In this document: piece by piece, positions 9,658 to 18,887 of the stretch
Layout of the letters: each line of letters opens with the position of its first letter
Position numbering within the stretch: the first letter of the stretch is position 1
Origin: Clostridia bacterium
GTDB lineage: Bacteria; Bacillota; Clostridia; Oscillospirales; CAG-272
DNA: 64,000 nt
Direction: 5' to 3'
Assembly (NCBI GenBank): GCA_017461765.1
Contig: JAFTXO010000014.1
Location: forward strand, 10,926-74,925
Notes under the pieces: generated by a model
What the model was told of the DNA's origin: nothing
Databases searched by the model: none
Seen by the model: the letters and a program-made list of their open reading frames with translations, nothing else
Made by a program: the position numbers and the translations under genes

Positions 9658-11385
9658 TTAATCTTTCACTTGTTTCAAATATTTTTCAGCAAGGTAATAC
9701 ATTATTTTGATGTATTGAACAAGCTCGCCCATTTTGCTCTCCTGCAAATATACCTCTTTATATTCAGCAAGCCATTCCTCTACATCCTTGATATTAACTC
9801 CGAATTTTTCGCCGTAAAGCTTGGACATAAGCATAGCAATCATATACTCACTGCCTTTTGCAGTAACCAAAAGAGCTTTTCTTGCTTTTTCATTTTCCCA
9901 AGTTGTTGCCATAAGATACGGGATTGTATCCTCGCAGTCATAGAAGCATCTTGTAAGAACATCGGGATCGGGCTTATATGATGACTTCATAATGCTCTCC
10001 TCGCCGTATTTATCGACACAGTAATAAGCCAAAAGATGCCACCAATATCTATCAAGATGAGCTTTTGATATTTTTTCGTAAAGAGCATACGCTCCATCAT
10101 ATCCGAAATACAAAAGATCGAGCTTTTTACCGAAATCAGAAGTATCGGAGTTTGTATTCCAGCCCTTCTCCGCACCGAACAAGAGTCCGTGCATACACGC
10201 ATACATTGAAGATATATGACCGTGATCTCCCCAGCAGGTCGTCAAAAGTCCCTTAGCACCACATTCAAAACCGCACTGTGCCATCTTTGTAATGTTAGGC
10301 TCTGAAACATGAACAAACTCTATAAGACTGCTCCAGTTTGTAATACCGGGGCAAACATATTGCATTTTTCCCTTTTCTGCAGTATCGTAGATCATTTTAG
10401 TATAAGGATCTGCACTGTATCCCCAGTTTAAGAAAATCGTACTGTCATCTATTTCTTCGATAAATTCGGGGTGTTGATGGATTATATCGCCCCACATCAT
10501 AGCAATCTTTCCAAGGCTTCTTATATGCGCAATTATCTTTTTAACAAAATCAACATAGAGTCTTCCCTTGTCCTTGCCCGCATTTTTTCCTTGGCAAAGA
10601 TCAAATGTTTCGTCACAGCAAATATTGAATTTATTGCTTCTGAAAAGAGGCGCATATTGGTTTATAAGGCTTTTTATAACCTCAATGCTTTCGGGATTTG
10701 TGGGGTCTATGGTGTGATGCCTCATTCTTTCGTTCCAATCAACAGATGTTGGAGTATATTCCTCAAGCTCACAAAGTCTTTTATAATCGGTATATTGCAA
10801 AAGCTCATAAAGATGTCCGAAGCATGAAAGGGACGGTACAAATTCTATAAAGTTCTGATAACAGTATTCATCAAGCTCCTTAATCTCCTCAGGAGTCAAA
10901 TATCCAGTTCTTTGATAAATGCCGTCATATTCCTTAAACGGAAAAACGTGCTCAACATAAAGCTGAAGCATATTTATTTTTGTATATGCAAGATTATCAA
11001 CAAGCTCCTTCAAGGCTTCAAGAGTCGGAATTCTTCCTCTTGTTACATCGTAATAAATTCCGCGTGTTTCAAAATCAGGGCTATCCGATATCTCGCAAAT
11101 GTCGCAATATCCGTTTTTTATAACTTGTCTTAACGTTTGTATAGCATAAAAGACAGCTTGCTGAGATGACGCATTTATAATAACTTCGTGTTCGGAAAGC
11201 TTCATCTTATATTCGCATTTATCAGCCTCAATTACCGAAACTGTTACCTTTGTAGCGCCTTTTTCAACCTTATTTGCAAGATTGACTACTCTTTTGTCAA
11301 TATTGCTTGGAAAATCAAAGGTACAACCTTTGATCTTGAATTTTTCGCATTTTACAGTGCTTTTGAGTTCGGGTATAAAGTACAT
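9658..11385 (-). CDS. Glycoside hydrolase family 20-like protein (putative beta-N-acetylhexosaminidase)
   Basis: RGIYYDVTRGRIPTLEALKELVDNLAYTKINMLQLY TIM-barrel start and a CCDETFD candidate catalytic D-E pair. The family call rests on motif resemblance only. Confidence 0.6.
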   Translation of the reverse strand: MYFIPELKSTVKCEKFKIKGCTFDFPSNIDKRVVNLANKVEKGATKVTVSVIEADKCEYKMKLSEHEVIINASSQQAVFYAIQTLRQVIKNGYCDICEISDSPDFETRGIYYDVTRGRIPTLEALKELVDNLAYTKINMLQLYVEHVFPFKEYDGIYQRTGYLTPEEIKELDEYCYQNFIEFVPSLSCFGHLYELLQYTDYKRLCELEEYTPTSVDWNERMRHHTIDPTNPESIEVIKSLINQYAPLFRSNKFNICCDETFDLCQGKNAGKDKGRLYVDFVKKIIAHIRSLGKIAMMWGDIIHQHPEFIEEIDDSTIFLNWGYSADPYTKMIYDTAEKGKMQYVCPGITNWSSLIEFVHVSEPNITKMAQCGFECGAKGLLTTCWGDHGHISSMYACMHGLLFGAEKGWNTNSDTSDFGKKLDLLYFGYDGAYALYEKISKAHLDRYWWHLLAYYCVDKYGEESIMKSSYKPDPDVLTRCFYDCEDTIPYLMATTWENEKARKALLVTAKGSEYMIAMLMSKLYGEKFGVNIKDVEEWLAEYKEVYLQESKMGELVQYIKIMYYLAEKYLKQVKD

Positions 11386-11395
11386 TTGTTTTTCC

Positions 11396-12247
11396 TCACT
11401 TTATAATTATTTCTCTACCGTATCCAATTAAAGCGCTTGAAGTAGTATATTGCATAAGCTTATCGGTTATCGGATATTCCATCGTTCTATGTATATGTCC
11501 TGCAAGAACACATATAAATTTTTCACTGTTTTCTTCAACGAGGCGAGTAAATTCAAACGATTCCTCGCAATCACCGTTTGCAGGCATCAGAAAGTATGAA
11601 TTGAGAGATCTTCTCGCTTCCTCGCCGAATTTTCCTATATTTAAGGGAGCATGAAGGACAAGGATCAGCTTTTTTTCCTTTTCAAGCTCAATTTTTAGTT
11701 TTTTGATTTGATCCTTTGTAATCTGTTTAGTTCCGTTATCAACGGTTATTATTTCAAGCTCACCGTAATCGTAGATATCAAAATCAGGGTTATCGATAAG
11801 ACCGACGAAACGTTCGTACATTTTTTTATTATGATTTCCGTATTCATCGGTATAAGCATGATTTCCGGGGCAATATATCACGGGAATTTTATATTCGGAC
11901 TTGAATTTTTTAAGGTATCTTATATTGCTCTCCGATACTCTGTCCATTATATCACCCGATAAAATAAGAGCATCTGCTCCAAAGTCAAGGGCATACCTTG
12001 CGAGCTTTTCAAAAAGAACATTTGCCTCGACATTATAACGGTCATCGCAAAATTCTCCCGCATCTTTTGCCATATCAATCTTCAGAGTATCCCACTGACC
12101 GTGAGAACGCTTATATTCATCGTGATCAACATCCGAGCTTTGCTCATCTATATTTGCCATATGAGCATCACTTATCTGAAAAAATCTATATTCTTTCGAA
12201 AGACCTATATCTATTTCGGTTTTCGAGATCTGTAATAAATTATCCAT
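11396..12247 (-). CDS. Calcineurin-like metallophosphoesterase
   Basis: ISDAHM, SGDIMDR, GNHA and GHIHR motifs. Start chosen at 12247 (AGGTG RBS). The ORF-track start at 12349 is an alternative. Confidence 0.75.
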   Translation of the reverse strand: MDNLLQISKTEIDIGLSKEYRFFQISDAHMANIDEQSSDVDHDEYKRSHGQWDTLKIDMAKDAGEFCDDRYNVEANVLFEKLARYALDFGADALILSGDIMDRVSESNIRYLKKFKSEYKIPVIYCPGNHAYTDEYGNHNKKMYERFVGLIDNPDFDIYDYGELEIITVDNGTKQITKDQIKKLKIELEKEKKLILVLHAPLNIGKFGEEARRSLNSYFLMPANGDCEESFEFTRLVEENSEKFICVLAGHIHRTMEYPITDKLMQYTTSSALIGYGREIIIK

Positions 12248-12414
12248 ATTCTTTACACCTATATTTTTAATTCTAACAACTGTATAATAACATACCTTAA
12301 GTTCAATGTCAACATTTATCAAACTTTGTCGCTCAAAAATTTTTTTCATATGATTTTTTACGACATTTTTTTCGTTTGGCTAATACTACAATGATATAAA
12401 AGGAAGGTGAAAAT

Positions 12415-12756
12415 ATGCGAGAACGTGAAAGCGTTGAGCTGGTTTACGAAAATCAAACACTTAATGTAAAAATAAAGGGTGATATTGATCATCATTGCGC
12501 CAAGCGCGTAAGAGAAAAAATAGATGATGCTATATTTTCAAAAAAGCCTTATAAGATCTCCTTAGATCTTAGTGAGGTTGATTTTATGGATTCCTCGGGC
12601 TTGGGACTTATTCTTGGAAGATATACGAACGCTACAGACATCGGAGCGAAGTTTTCGCTCTGCAATCCGAACAAAAGAGTAAAAAAGATACTGCATCTTG
12701 CCGGTATTGAAAGAATTATGGATATTGAAGGAGATGAAACAAATGAAGCGTATTGA
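12415..12756 (+). CDS. spoIIAA: Anti-sigma-F factor antagonist (STAS domain)
   Basis: STAS motif FMDSSGLGLILGRY, first gene of the three-gene spoIIA arrangement, GGAAGGTG RBS. Confidence 0.9.
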   Translation: MRERESVELVYENQTLNVKIKGDIDHHCAKRVREKIDDAIFSKKPYKISLDLSEVDFMDSSGLGLILGRYTNATDIGAKFSLCNPNKRVKKILHLAGIERIMDIEGDETNEAY

Positions 12757-13171
12757 AAATCAAATGAAATTATATCTTCCCTCTCTATCCGTAAATGAAA
12801 GCATGGCAAGACAAGCCGTAGCTGCGTTTATTGCTCAGCTCAATCCGACAATCGAGGAGATATCGGATATAAAATGTGCGGTTTCCGAGGCAGTCACAAA
12901 TGCAATAGTTCACGGATATAAATACAAGAGCGGAATGATCTACATAGGAGTCAAATATTATTCTGACAGGACGGTGATCATCGAGGTGCGTGACAAAGGA
13001 TGCGGAATTCAAGATGTTAAGGAGGCTATGACTCCCCTTTTTACTACCGATACAAGCGGAGAACGAAGCGGAATGGGCTTCGCTGTTATGCAAACCTTCA
13101 CAGATTCGCTTGATGTTCGCTCGAAATTAAATTCGGGTGTACGCATTCTTATGACTAAAAAGCTCGGATAA
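12743..13171 (+). CDS. spoIIAB: Anti-sigma-F factor (serine protein kinase)
   Basis: HATPase_c motifs (AVSEAVTNAIVHGY, DKGCGI, ERSGMGF). GAAGGAG RBS before the ATG at 12743. Overlaps the end of spoIIAA. Confidence 0.9.
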   Translation: MKRIENQMKLYLPSLSVNESMARQAVAAFIAQLNPTIEEISDIKCAVSEAVTNAIVHGYKYKSGMIYIGVKYYSDRTVIIEVRDKGCGIQDVKEAMTPLFTTDTSGERSGMGFAVMQTFTDSLDVRSKLNSGVRILMTKKLG

Positions 13172-13172
13172 A

Positions 13173-13892
13173 ATGGATTTTACTAAAAATCAGGAATTAC
13201 TTGAATTAGCGGTGTCGGGAGACGAAAACGCTACAAATCAGCTTATGCAATTAAATCTTGGTCTTGTCAGATCCTGCGCTCTAAAATTTAAGGATAGAGG
13301 CGTTGAATATGACGATCTTGTACAAATAGGCTCGATAGGTATGCTAAAAGCAATAAAAAGCTTTGATTTTTCAAGAGGTACTGCCTTCTCTACGTATGCT
13401 GTTCCTCTTATTATTGGGGAAATAAAGCGATTTATACGCGATGACGGACTTATAAAGGTAAGCAGAATATATAAAAAGCAGGGTGCTATACTTATGAGGG
13501 AGCGTGAAAAATATATTTCAGAAAACGGAAAAGAGCCTCACATAGAAGAGCTCGCTATGCTTTGCAATATGAAGGTTGAGGATGCGGTAATAGCTCTTGA
13601 TGCTTCTTCGCCTGTAAACTCCCTCTCTGCTTCTTTAAACAATGATGATGAAAATTATACTCTTGAAAATACGCTGAGCGACACTAAAAACGATATTGAT
13701 AATAAAATAGACCGCTTGGCACTCTCACAGGCAATATCAGCTCTTCCTCCTCTTTGGAGAAAGATCATAGTTATGAGATATTTAAAGGAATATTCTCAGC
13801 AAAAAACAGCACAGCTTCTTGGCCTTACGCAGGTTAAGATCTCTCGCGAAGAAAAGAAAATTTTCGAAACTCTAAGAAAAGAGTTATCATAA
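13173..13892 (+). CDS. sigF: Sporulation sigma factor F
   Basis: Sigma-70 regions 2-4 (DLVQIGSIGMLKAIKSFD, TYAVPLIIGEIKRFIRDD, QQKTAQLLGLTQVKISREEKK). Third gene of the spoIIA operon. Confidence 0.9.
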   Translation: MDFTKNQELLELAVSGDENATNQLMQLNLGLVRSCALKFKDRGVEYDDLVQIGSIGMLKAIKSFDFSRGTAFSTYAVPLIIGEIKRFIRDDGLIKVSRIYKKQGAILMREREKYISENGKEPHIEELAMLCNMKVEDAVIALDASSPVNSLSASLNNDDENYTLENTLSDTKNDIDNKIDRLALSQAISALPPLWRKIIVMRYLKEYSQQKTAQLLGLTQVKISREEKKIFETLRKELS

Positions 13893-13902
13893 AATTGTAC
13901 TA

Positions 13903-13938
13903 AAAAAGTCATCACTGAAAACTCGGTGATGACTTTTT
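13903..13938. terminator. Bidirectional terminator between sigF and the ABC genes
   Basis: AAAAAGTCATCAC ... GTGATGACTTTTT. Confidence 0.75.
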
Positions 13939-13943
13939 GATTT

Positions 13944-14756
13944 TTAAACTAAGCTTGTGTTTTTAAGAACTATATCGCTGACAGATCCAAGTCCTATACT
14001 GAACAGTGCTCCGCCCGCCAAGCAAAGAAATACGTTCATTGCAGTGGAATTAAGCGGCGCTATCATTGGTATCATTGTGAAAAGCAACATACTTACTGCA
14101 AGAGAGCCTACGATCGAAAGCCAAGTTTTTTGCTTTGCCGCAACACTTACTAAAAGATAGATCGGCACAAACACCAAAACAAGTAATACTTTGGAAATCA
14201 AGCACATAATGACTCCGCTGGCTCCTGCAACTCCCGTATCAAAGGAAAGACCCGAGATTGCTCCGCCGAGCATTGAACCTACAAAAAATGCAATAATCAT
14301 CAAAGCTCCGCCAACAAATCCAACCAAGGTTTTTGAAATCACATAGTCCGTCTTTATTGCGCGGACAGTAAACAGATTTTTAGCATATCCACTTCTGAAA
14401 TCCTCGGATACAAAGAGACAAACAAGAGCTGCTATAAAGAAATACAACAAGTTGATATTGCACATACTCATCATATCCATACCCATTTGCGCATCAGAGC
14501 TTTCTGCACCGCTGATTGTTCCGATTATCTGCCACGTATTTTCAAAGCCCTTCATTACTGTTTCCGCACCTGTTTGAGGATTGACCGATACACTGCCCTC
14601 CATCATACTTGTCATGACAAGGATCAAAATCGGAATAACAAGACAAATGCCCACCATGATATAAAGCAAGGGCATAGTAAACATTCTTCTGAAATCAACA
14701 GATAACATACTTTTAAGTCTTTTATTTAAGGTATTGCGTTCAAATTTAGTTTCCAT
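13944..14756 (-). CDS. ABC-2 type transporter permease (pair 2)
   Basis: Six predicted TM helices with a large first extracytoplasmic loop. Sits directly downstream of the ATPase. Paralogue of 15671-16492. Confidence 0.7.
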   Translation of the reverse strand: METKFERNTLNKRLKSMLSVDFRRMFTMPLLYIMVGICLVIPILILVMTSMMEGSVSVNPQTGAETVMKGFENTWQIIGTISGAESSDAQMGMDMMSMCNINLLYFFIAALVCLFVSEDFRSGYAKNLFTVRAIKTDYVISKTLVGFVGGALMIIAFFVGSMLGGAISGLSFDTGVAGASGVIMCLISKVLLVLVFVPIYLLVSVAAKQKTWLSIVGSLAVSMLLFTMIPMIAPLNSTAMNVFLCLAGGALFSIGLGSVSDIVLKNTSLV

Positions 14757-14757
14757 A

Positions 14758-15657
14758 TTATCTGCCCTCCTTCATAAGATCGATATAATATTCTTCAAGA
14801 CCGATTTTATCAATTTTGATCTCACTTACCAAAATTCCGTTTTCATATAAATGTGTAACGATTTCTTCGGGGTCTTTTGCATCATATACACGGATATATC
14901 CGGCTTCGTCTTCTTCAACACGAGAATATTTGCAGGAAAGCAACGACTTTGTTCTGTTCATATCCTTTGTTTGAAGTGCTACGTAAGTACGGCAGCTCGC
15001 GTTAAGCTCCTCGGCAGTCATTTCCTTGAGCATTTTACCGCCACGGACAATTCCATAATGTGTAGCTATTTTTTCAAGCTCTCCTAATATATGAGAGGAT
15101 ACAACGACGGTACAGCCGTAATTTTTTGTAACATCTACAAGAATTTCACGCATAATTCTCATACCGTCCGCATCAAGACCGTTTATAGGCTCGTCAAGCA
15201 CAAGCAAAGTCGGTTTCCCCAAAAGTGCCATTGCAATTCCGATCCTTTGCTTCATACCAAGAGAGCAATTTTTATATTTATTGGAAGCAGCGCCTTCCAT
15301 TCTGACCATTTTAAGAACCTTCACAACCTCTTCTTTAGCATTGGGAATGCTTAAATTTGCGGCTTGGAGCATCAGGTTATTCCATACGCTATAGTTTGGA
15401 AAGCATCCGGGAGCTTCTATGAGTACCCCCACCTTTGCTCTCACATCTGCATCGGTATAATCTCTGCCAAACAGCTTAACTTCTCCGCCGCTTGGGTGAA
15501 TGAGCCCGCATATTATCTTTTCAGTAGTTGATTTACCGCTTCCGTTTTCTCCGATAAATCCGTATATTGCTCCCTCCGGAACGGTCATATTGAGTCCCGA
15601 AAGTGCTTGCTTCGGCCCGAAATTTTTAGTTAATCCTTTAATTTCTATTGCATTCAT
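14758..15657 (-). CDS. ABC transporter ATP-binding protein (pair 2)
   Basis: Walker A GENGSGKST, signature SLGMKQR, Walker B LLVLDEPINGLD. Confidence 0.9.
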   Translation of the reverse strand: MNAIEIKGLTKNFGPKQALSGLNMTVPEGAIYGFIGENGSGKSTTEKIICGLIHPSGGEVKLFGRDYTDADVRAKVGVLIEAPGCFPNYSVWNNLMLQAANLSIPNAKEEVVKVLKMVRMEGAASNKYKNCSLGMKQRIGIAMALLGKPTLLVLDEPINGLDADGMRIMREILVDVTKNYGCTVVVSSHILGELEKIATHYGIVRGGKMLKEMTAEELNASCRTYVALQTKDMNRTKSLLSCKYSRVEEDEAGYIRVYDAKDPEEIVTHLYENGILVSEIKIDKIGLEEYYIDLMKEGR

Positions 15658-15670
15658 AAATTATACCTCC

Positions 15671-16492
15671 TTAATACACATCGCACTTTGAGAGGATGTG
15701 CGTACCGATCACATTATAAATAATTGCCCATGCAACCGAACACACAATACATACGAGCAAGGTTACTATATTACTTGAAAGACACGCATAAACCGATGAA
15801 CCGTAAAGAAATATATTAAGTGCGGAATTGTTTCCGATAACAGCCGCCGCACCGATAATGAGAATTCCCGTACCGAAGAAGAAGGATGACGCGATAGAAA
15901 TACCGAAAAATCTTCTGAAAATAATATTAAGCAAAGTATAAAGGCTTGCCCAGCCTAAGCTCATGACGATTTTACCGAGAACAGCAAAAATGAGCGAGCC
16001 TACATTGACCTCCATAGATGCTCCTACCAACAGTCCTGCGACCACGCCTCCAAGCAAGTAGGTTATGCACATACAAGCCATGGAAAAAGCGCCTACGAGA
16101 GATTTTGATATCATATAATCCTGCTTTTTAGCGTGCGTTGTAAACAGCTGCTTTACATATCCGCTTTTATAATCGTGACCTATAAATATCGAAACCATAA
16201 TACCGCCAAAAATGAACACCATATTCATATTTGCGTATTCAGAAATACTGTTAACGACATACAAAGGAGTATCTGCTGCGATGATCTGCCATGTGTTTGT
16301 GTAAAGAGGTTCAACTATTCCCTCGGCGTTCTCTATGCTTGTCATCCCCAATATCATTGCGGGAATTATTGCTGCAATTGCAAGAAAAATATAAAACATA
16401 GGGGTATGAAATAAACGGTAGAAATCAACGCCAAGCATACCCTTGAGCCTTTGAATAAAGCTAGGTGATTCAAATTTTAATTCACGCGTCAT
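15671..16492 (-). CDS. ABC-2 type transporter permease (pair 1)
   Basis: Start taken at MTRELKFE (16492), one nt after the stop of the upstream ATPase. Same topology and shared motifs with 13944-14756 (TWQIIG/TWQIIA, DFRSGYAKNLFT/DYKSGYVKQLFT). Confidence 0.7.
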   Translation of the reverse strand: MTRELKFESPSFIQRLKGMLGVDFYRLFHTPMFYIFLAIAAIIPAMILGMTSIENAEGIVEPLYTNTWQIIAADTPLYVVNSISEYANMNMVFIFGGIMVSIFIGHDYKSGYVKQLFTTHAKKQDYMISKSLVGAFSMACMCITYLLGGVVAGLLVGASMEVNVGSLIFAVLGKIVMSLGWASLYTLLNIIFRRFFGISIASSFFFGTGILIIGAAAVIGNNSALNIFLYGSSVYACLSSNIVTLLVCIVCSVAWAIIYNVIGTHILSKCDVY

Positions 16493-16493
16493 C

Positions 16494-17396
16494 TTATTCT
16501 TCCTCCTTCTTTGACATAAGCTCAATGTAGTATTCTTCAAGACCGATCTTATTCTTTTTGATCTCGTTTACAACATGCCCGTTTTTTATCAAATATTCAA
16601 CGATTGCTTCTGTATCATCAACATCGTAAACACGAAGACACTCTTCTTCTTCCTTAACATTTTCATATTTAGCTTTAAGGACAGATTTTGCGCCCTTCAT
16701 ATCCTTCGTTTTGAGAGAAACGAAAACACGCGCTCTGTTATCCATTTCCTTTGCGGATATTTCCTGAATCATTTTTCCCTGACGGATTATTCCGTAATGC
16801 GTTGCGATCTTTTCAAGCTCGCCGAGAATATGTGAGGATATCAAAACCGTACAGCCGTATTTTTTTGTTATGTCGACCAAAATTTCTCTCATAATTCTCA
16901 TTCCGTCCGTATCAAGACCGTTTATCGGCTCATCAAGAATAAGAAGTGCAGGATCACCGAGAAGCGCCATTGCGATACCAATGCGTTGCTTCATACCAAG
17001 TGAGCAGCTTTTGAATTTAATATTTGCGGAGTCCTGCATACGAACAATTTCAAGGACTCTTTGTATCTCATCATCGGGATTTTCAAGTCCGAGATTGATA
17101 GCCTGCATTCTAAGGTTTTGGTACACGCTTGATCCAAGGAAGCAACCTGCACTTTCAATCAAAGCGCCTACCCTTACTCTCACACCTGCGTCTGTATAAT
17201 CTCTGCCGAACAGCTTGATTTCTCCGCCGTCTGGGACAAGATGACCGCAGATGAGCTTTTCAGTTGTTGATTTACCGCTTCCGTTTTCACCGATGAAGCC
17301 GTATATCGCACCAACGGGAACGGTCATATTTAAATGATCCACCGCATACATTCCGCGAAAACTTTTCGATAAATTTCTTATTTCGATAGCATTCAT
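16494..17396 (-). CDS. ABC transporter ATP-binding protein (pair 1)
   Basis: Walker A, signature and Walker B motifs. Roughly two-thirds identical by eye to 14758-15657. Confidence 0.9.
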   Translation of the reverse strand: MNAIEIRNLSKSFRGMYAVDHLNMTVPVGAIYGFIGENGSGKSTTEKLICGHLVPDGGEIKLFGRDYTDAGVRVRVGALIESAGCFLGSSVYQNLRMQAINLGLENPDDEIQRVLEIVRMQDSANIKFKSCSLGMKQRIGIAMALLGDPALLILDEPINGLDTDGMRIMREILVDITKKYGCTVLISSHILGELEKIATHYGIIRQGKMIQEISAKEMDNRARVFVSLKTKDMKGAKSVLKAKYENVKEEEECLRVYDVDDTEAIVEYLIKNGHVVNEIKKNKIGLEEYYIELMSKKEEE

Positions 17397-17558
17397 TTTT
17401 CTTTCCCTCTCTGAATTTTATTTTTACTAATTTATTTTACATTGCAAAGGTTTGAATTCTATTAAAAAAATGTTTTTGTTTTGTTAAAATAAAAATTTTA
17501 CCTATAAAATTTTGTTCTTAAATGAATTTTTCATTCTATATAAAATTTTATAAAAGGT

Positions 17559-17586
17559 AAAACAGACAGTCACGCTGTCTGTTTTT
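17559..17586. terminator. Terminator downstream of the aminotransferase gene
   Basis: ACAGACAG tcacg CTGTCTGT with A and T flanks. Confidence 0.65.
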
Positions 17587-17626
17587 ATGGTCATGATGAA
17601 TATTCGATAACACATCAGGGTTATTT

Positions 17627-18877
17627 TTATGAATGTCTGTTTTTAATTACAGAAAATGCTTCGTCCGCTATTTCAACGGTTTGTTTTATATCCTTCTCCG
17701 TTAAAGATGCATTTATGAAGTGATTATGATGATTTGTAAAAAATACACCGCGCTTTACGCACTCTGCTATCCATTCCTGATGCAGCATAAGAGAGGGGTC
17801 GTTTGCTATTCTCAGATAAAACAAGGATTCTATTCCCGTTACGTGCAGATCGTATCCGTATTTATTTGCGCTTGCAATAAGTCCATCCTTGAGCATTTTT
17901 CCTTTTTCAATGAGGATCTTCGGGCAATTTATTTTTTTCATCTTATTTATACAAGCAATAGCTGCCGCAAACGGTACTGCGGAAAGCCAATAGCTTCCTG
18001 TATACGACATACCCGAAACAGTGTTTTTCAAAAACTCTTTTCCACAAAGAGCCGAGACGTTATATCCGTTTGCGAGAGCCTTACAGAAGCATATAAGGTC
18101 TGCCTCAAATCCGAAATAGTGATCCGAGCCCGCAATATCCATTCTGAAGCCTGCTCTTACATCGTCTATTACAAGCACGGTATCATTGTCTGTGCATATT
18201 TTTCTTACCTTTTGCCAAAAATCCTTCTCGGGCATTTGATTATCCATAAAATTACCGTGCATATAAGGCTGACCGATAACAGCGGCAATTTGACCCTTAT
18301 ACTTCTCAAAGGCTTCTTCAACGGCTTGAAAATCGTTCCAATCAAGATAGATGTTGTTTACTATATCTTCTTCTATTATTCCCGAATAATCTATTTTTTG
18401 TGTCCACGGTGAAACTCCGTGATAATATCCTTTAAAGAAAATGATCTTTTTTCTTTTTGTATAGGCTCTTGCCGTCATTATTGCAAGTGTCGTAACATCA
18501 TTACCGTTTTTAGCAAAGAAAGCCCAATCCGCGCTTGCTACGGTATCTACCAAAAGCTCGGCAAGCTCTATCATCTTTGTTGATGGTAGGGTTGTACAAT
18601 CGCCTTTTTTTCTTTGTTTCGCCGCAGCCTCGTCTACATCAGGATCGTTATATCCCAGAATATTAGGGCCGTATGCACACATATAGTCAATAAATTTGTT
18701 TCCGTCAACGTCCCATATGTATGAGCCCTGCGCTCTTTCCGAAAAGAGCGGGAACGCTTCAATAGGAATATAACATCCCTCAGCAGGACCTTGATGACCG
18801 TAAATTCCCGAAGGAATTACTTTTTCTGCGCGTATAAAATACTCTCTGCTTTTTGTATAATCGTTTATCTTATGCAT
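17627..18877 (-). CDS. Class-III (PLP) aminotransferase, glutamate-1-semialdehyde aminomutase-like
   Basis: Aminotransferase class III fold motifs (GSYIWDVDGNKFIDY, VLVIDDVRAGFR, FCKALANG with the candidate PLP lysine). AAGGAG RBS before the ATG at 18877. Confidence 0.75.
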   Translation of the reverse strand: MHKINDYTKSREYFIRAEKVIPSGIYGHQGPAEGCYIPIEAFPLFSERAQGSYIWDVDGNKFIDYMCAYGPNILGYNDPDVDEAAAKQRKKGDCTTLPSTKMIELAELLVDTVASADWAFFAKNGNDVTTLAIMTARAYTKRKKIIFFKGYYHGVSPWTQKIDYSGIIEEDIVNNIYLDWNDFQAVEEAFEKYKGQIAAVIGQPYMHGNFMDNQMPEKDFWQKVRKICTDNDTVLVIDDVRAGFRMDIAGSDHYFGFEADLICFCKALANGYNVSALCGKEFLKNTVSGMSYTGSYWLSAVPFAAAIACINKMKKINCPKILIEKGKMLKDGLIASANKYGYDLHVTGIESLFYLRIANDPSLMLHQEWIAECVKRGVFFTNHHNHFINASLTEKDIKQTVEIADEAFSVIKNRHS

Positions 18878-18887
18878 TTTACTCTCC

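Noticed and set aside
17720-18412. 230-aa plus-strand ORF antisense to the aminotransferase. Similar long antisense ORFs occur at 19243-19719, 31749-32345, 35917-36579, 39127-39591 and 30167-30619.
   Set aside because: All lie entirely inside well-supported genes on the opposite strand. They have Cys/Phe/Ile-rich, low-plausibility translations and lack RBSs. They are the shadow ORFs typical of AT-rich genomes.
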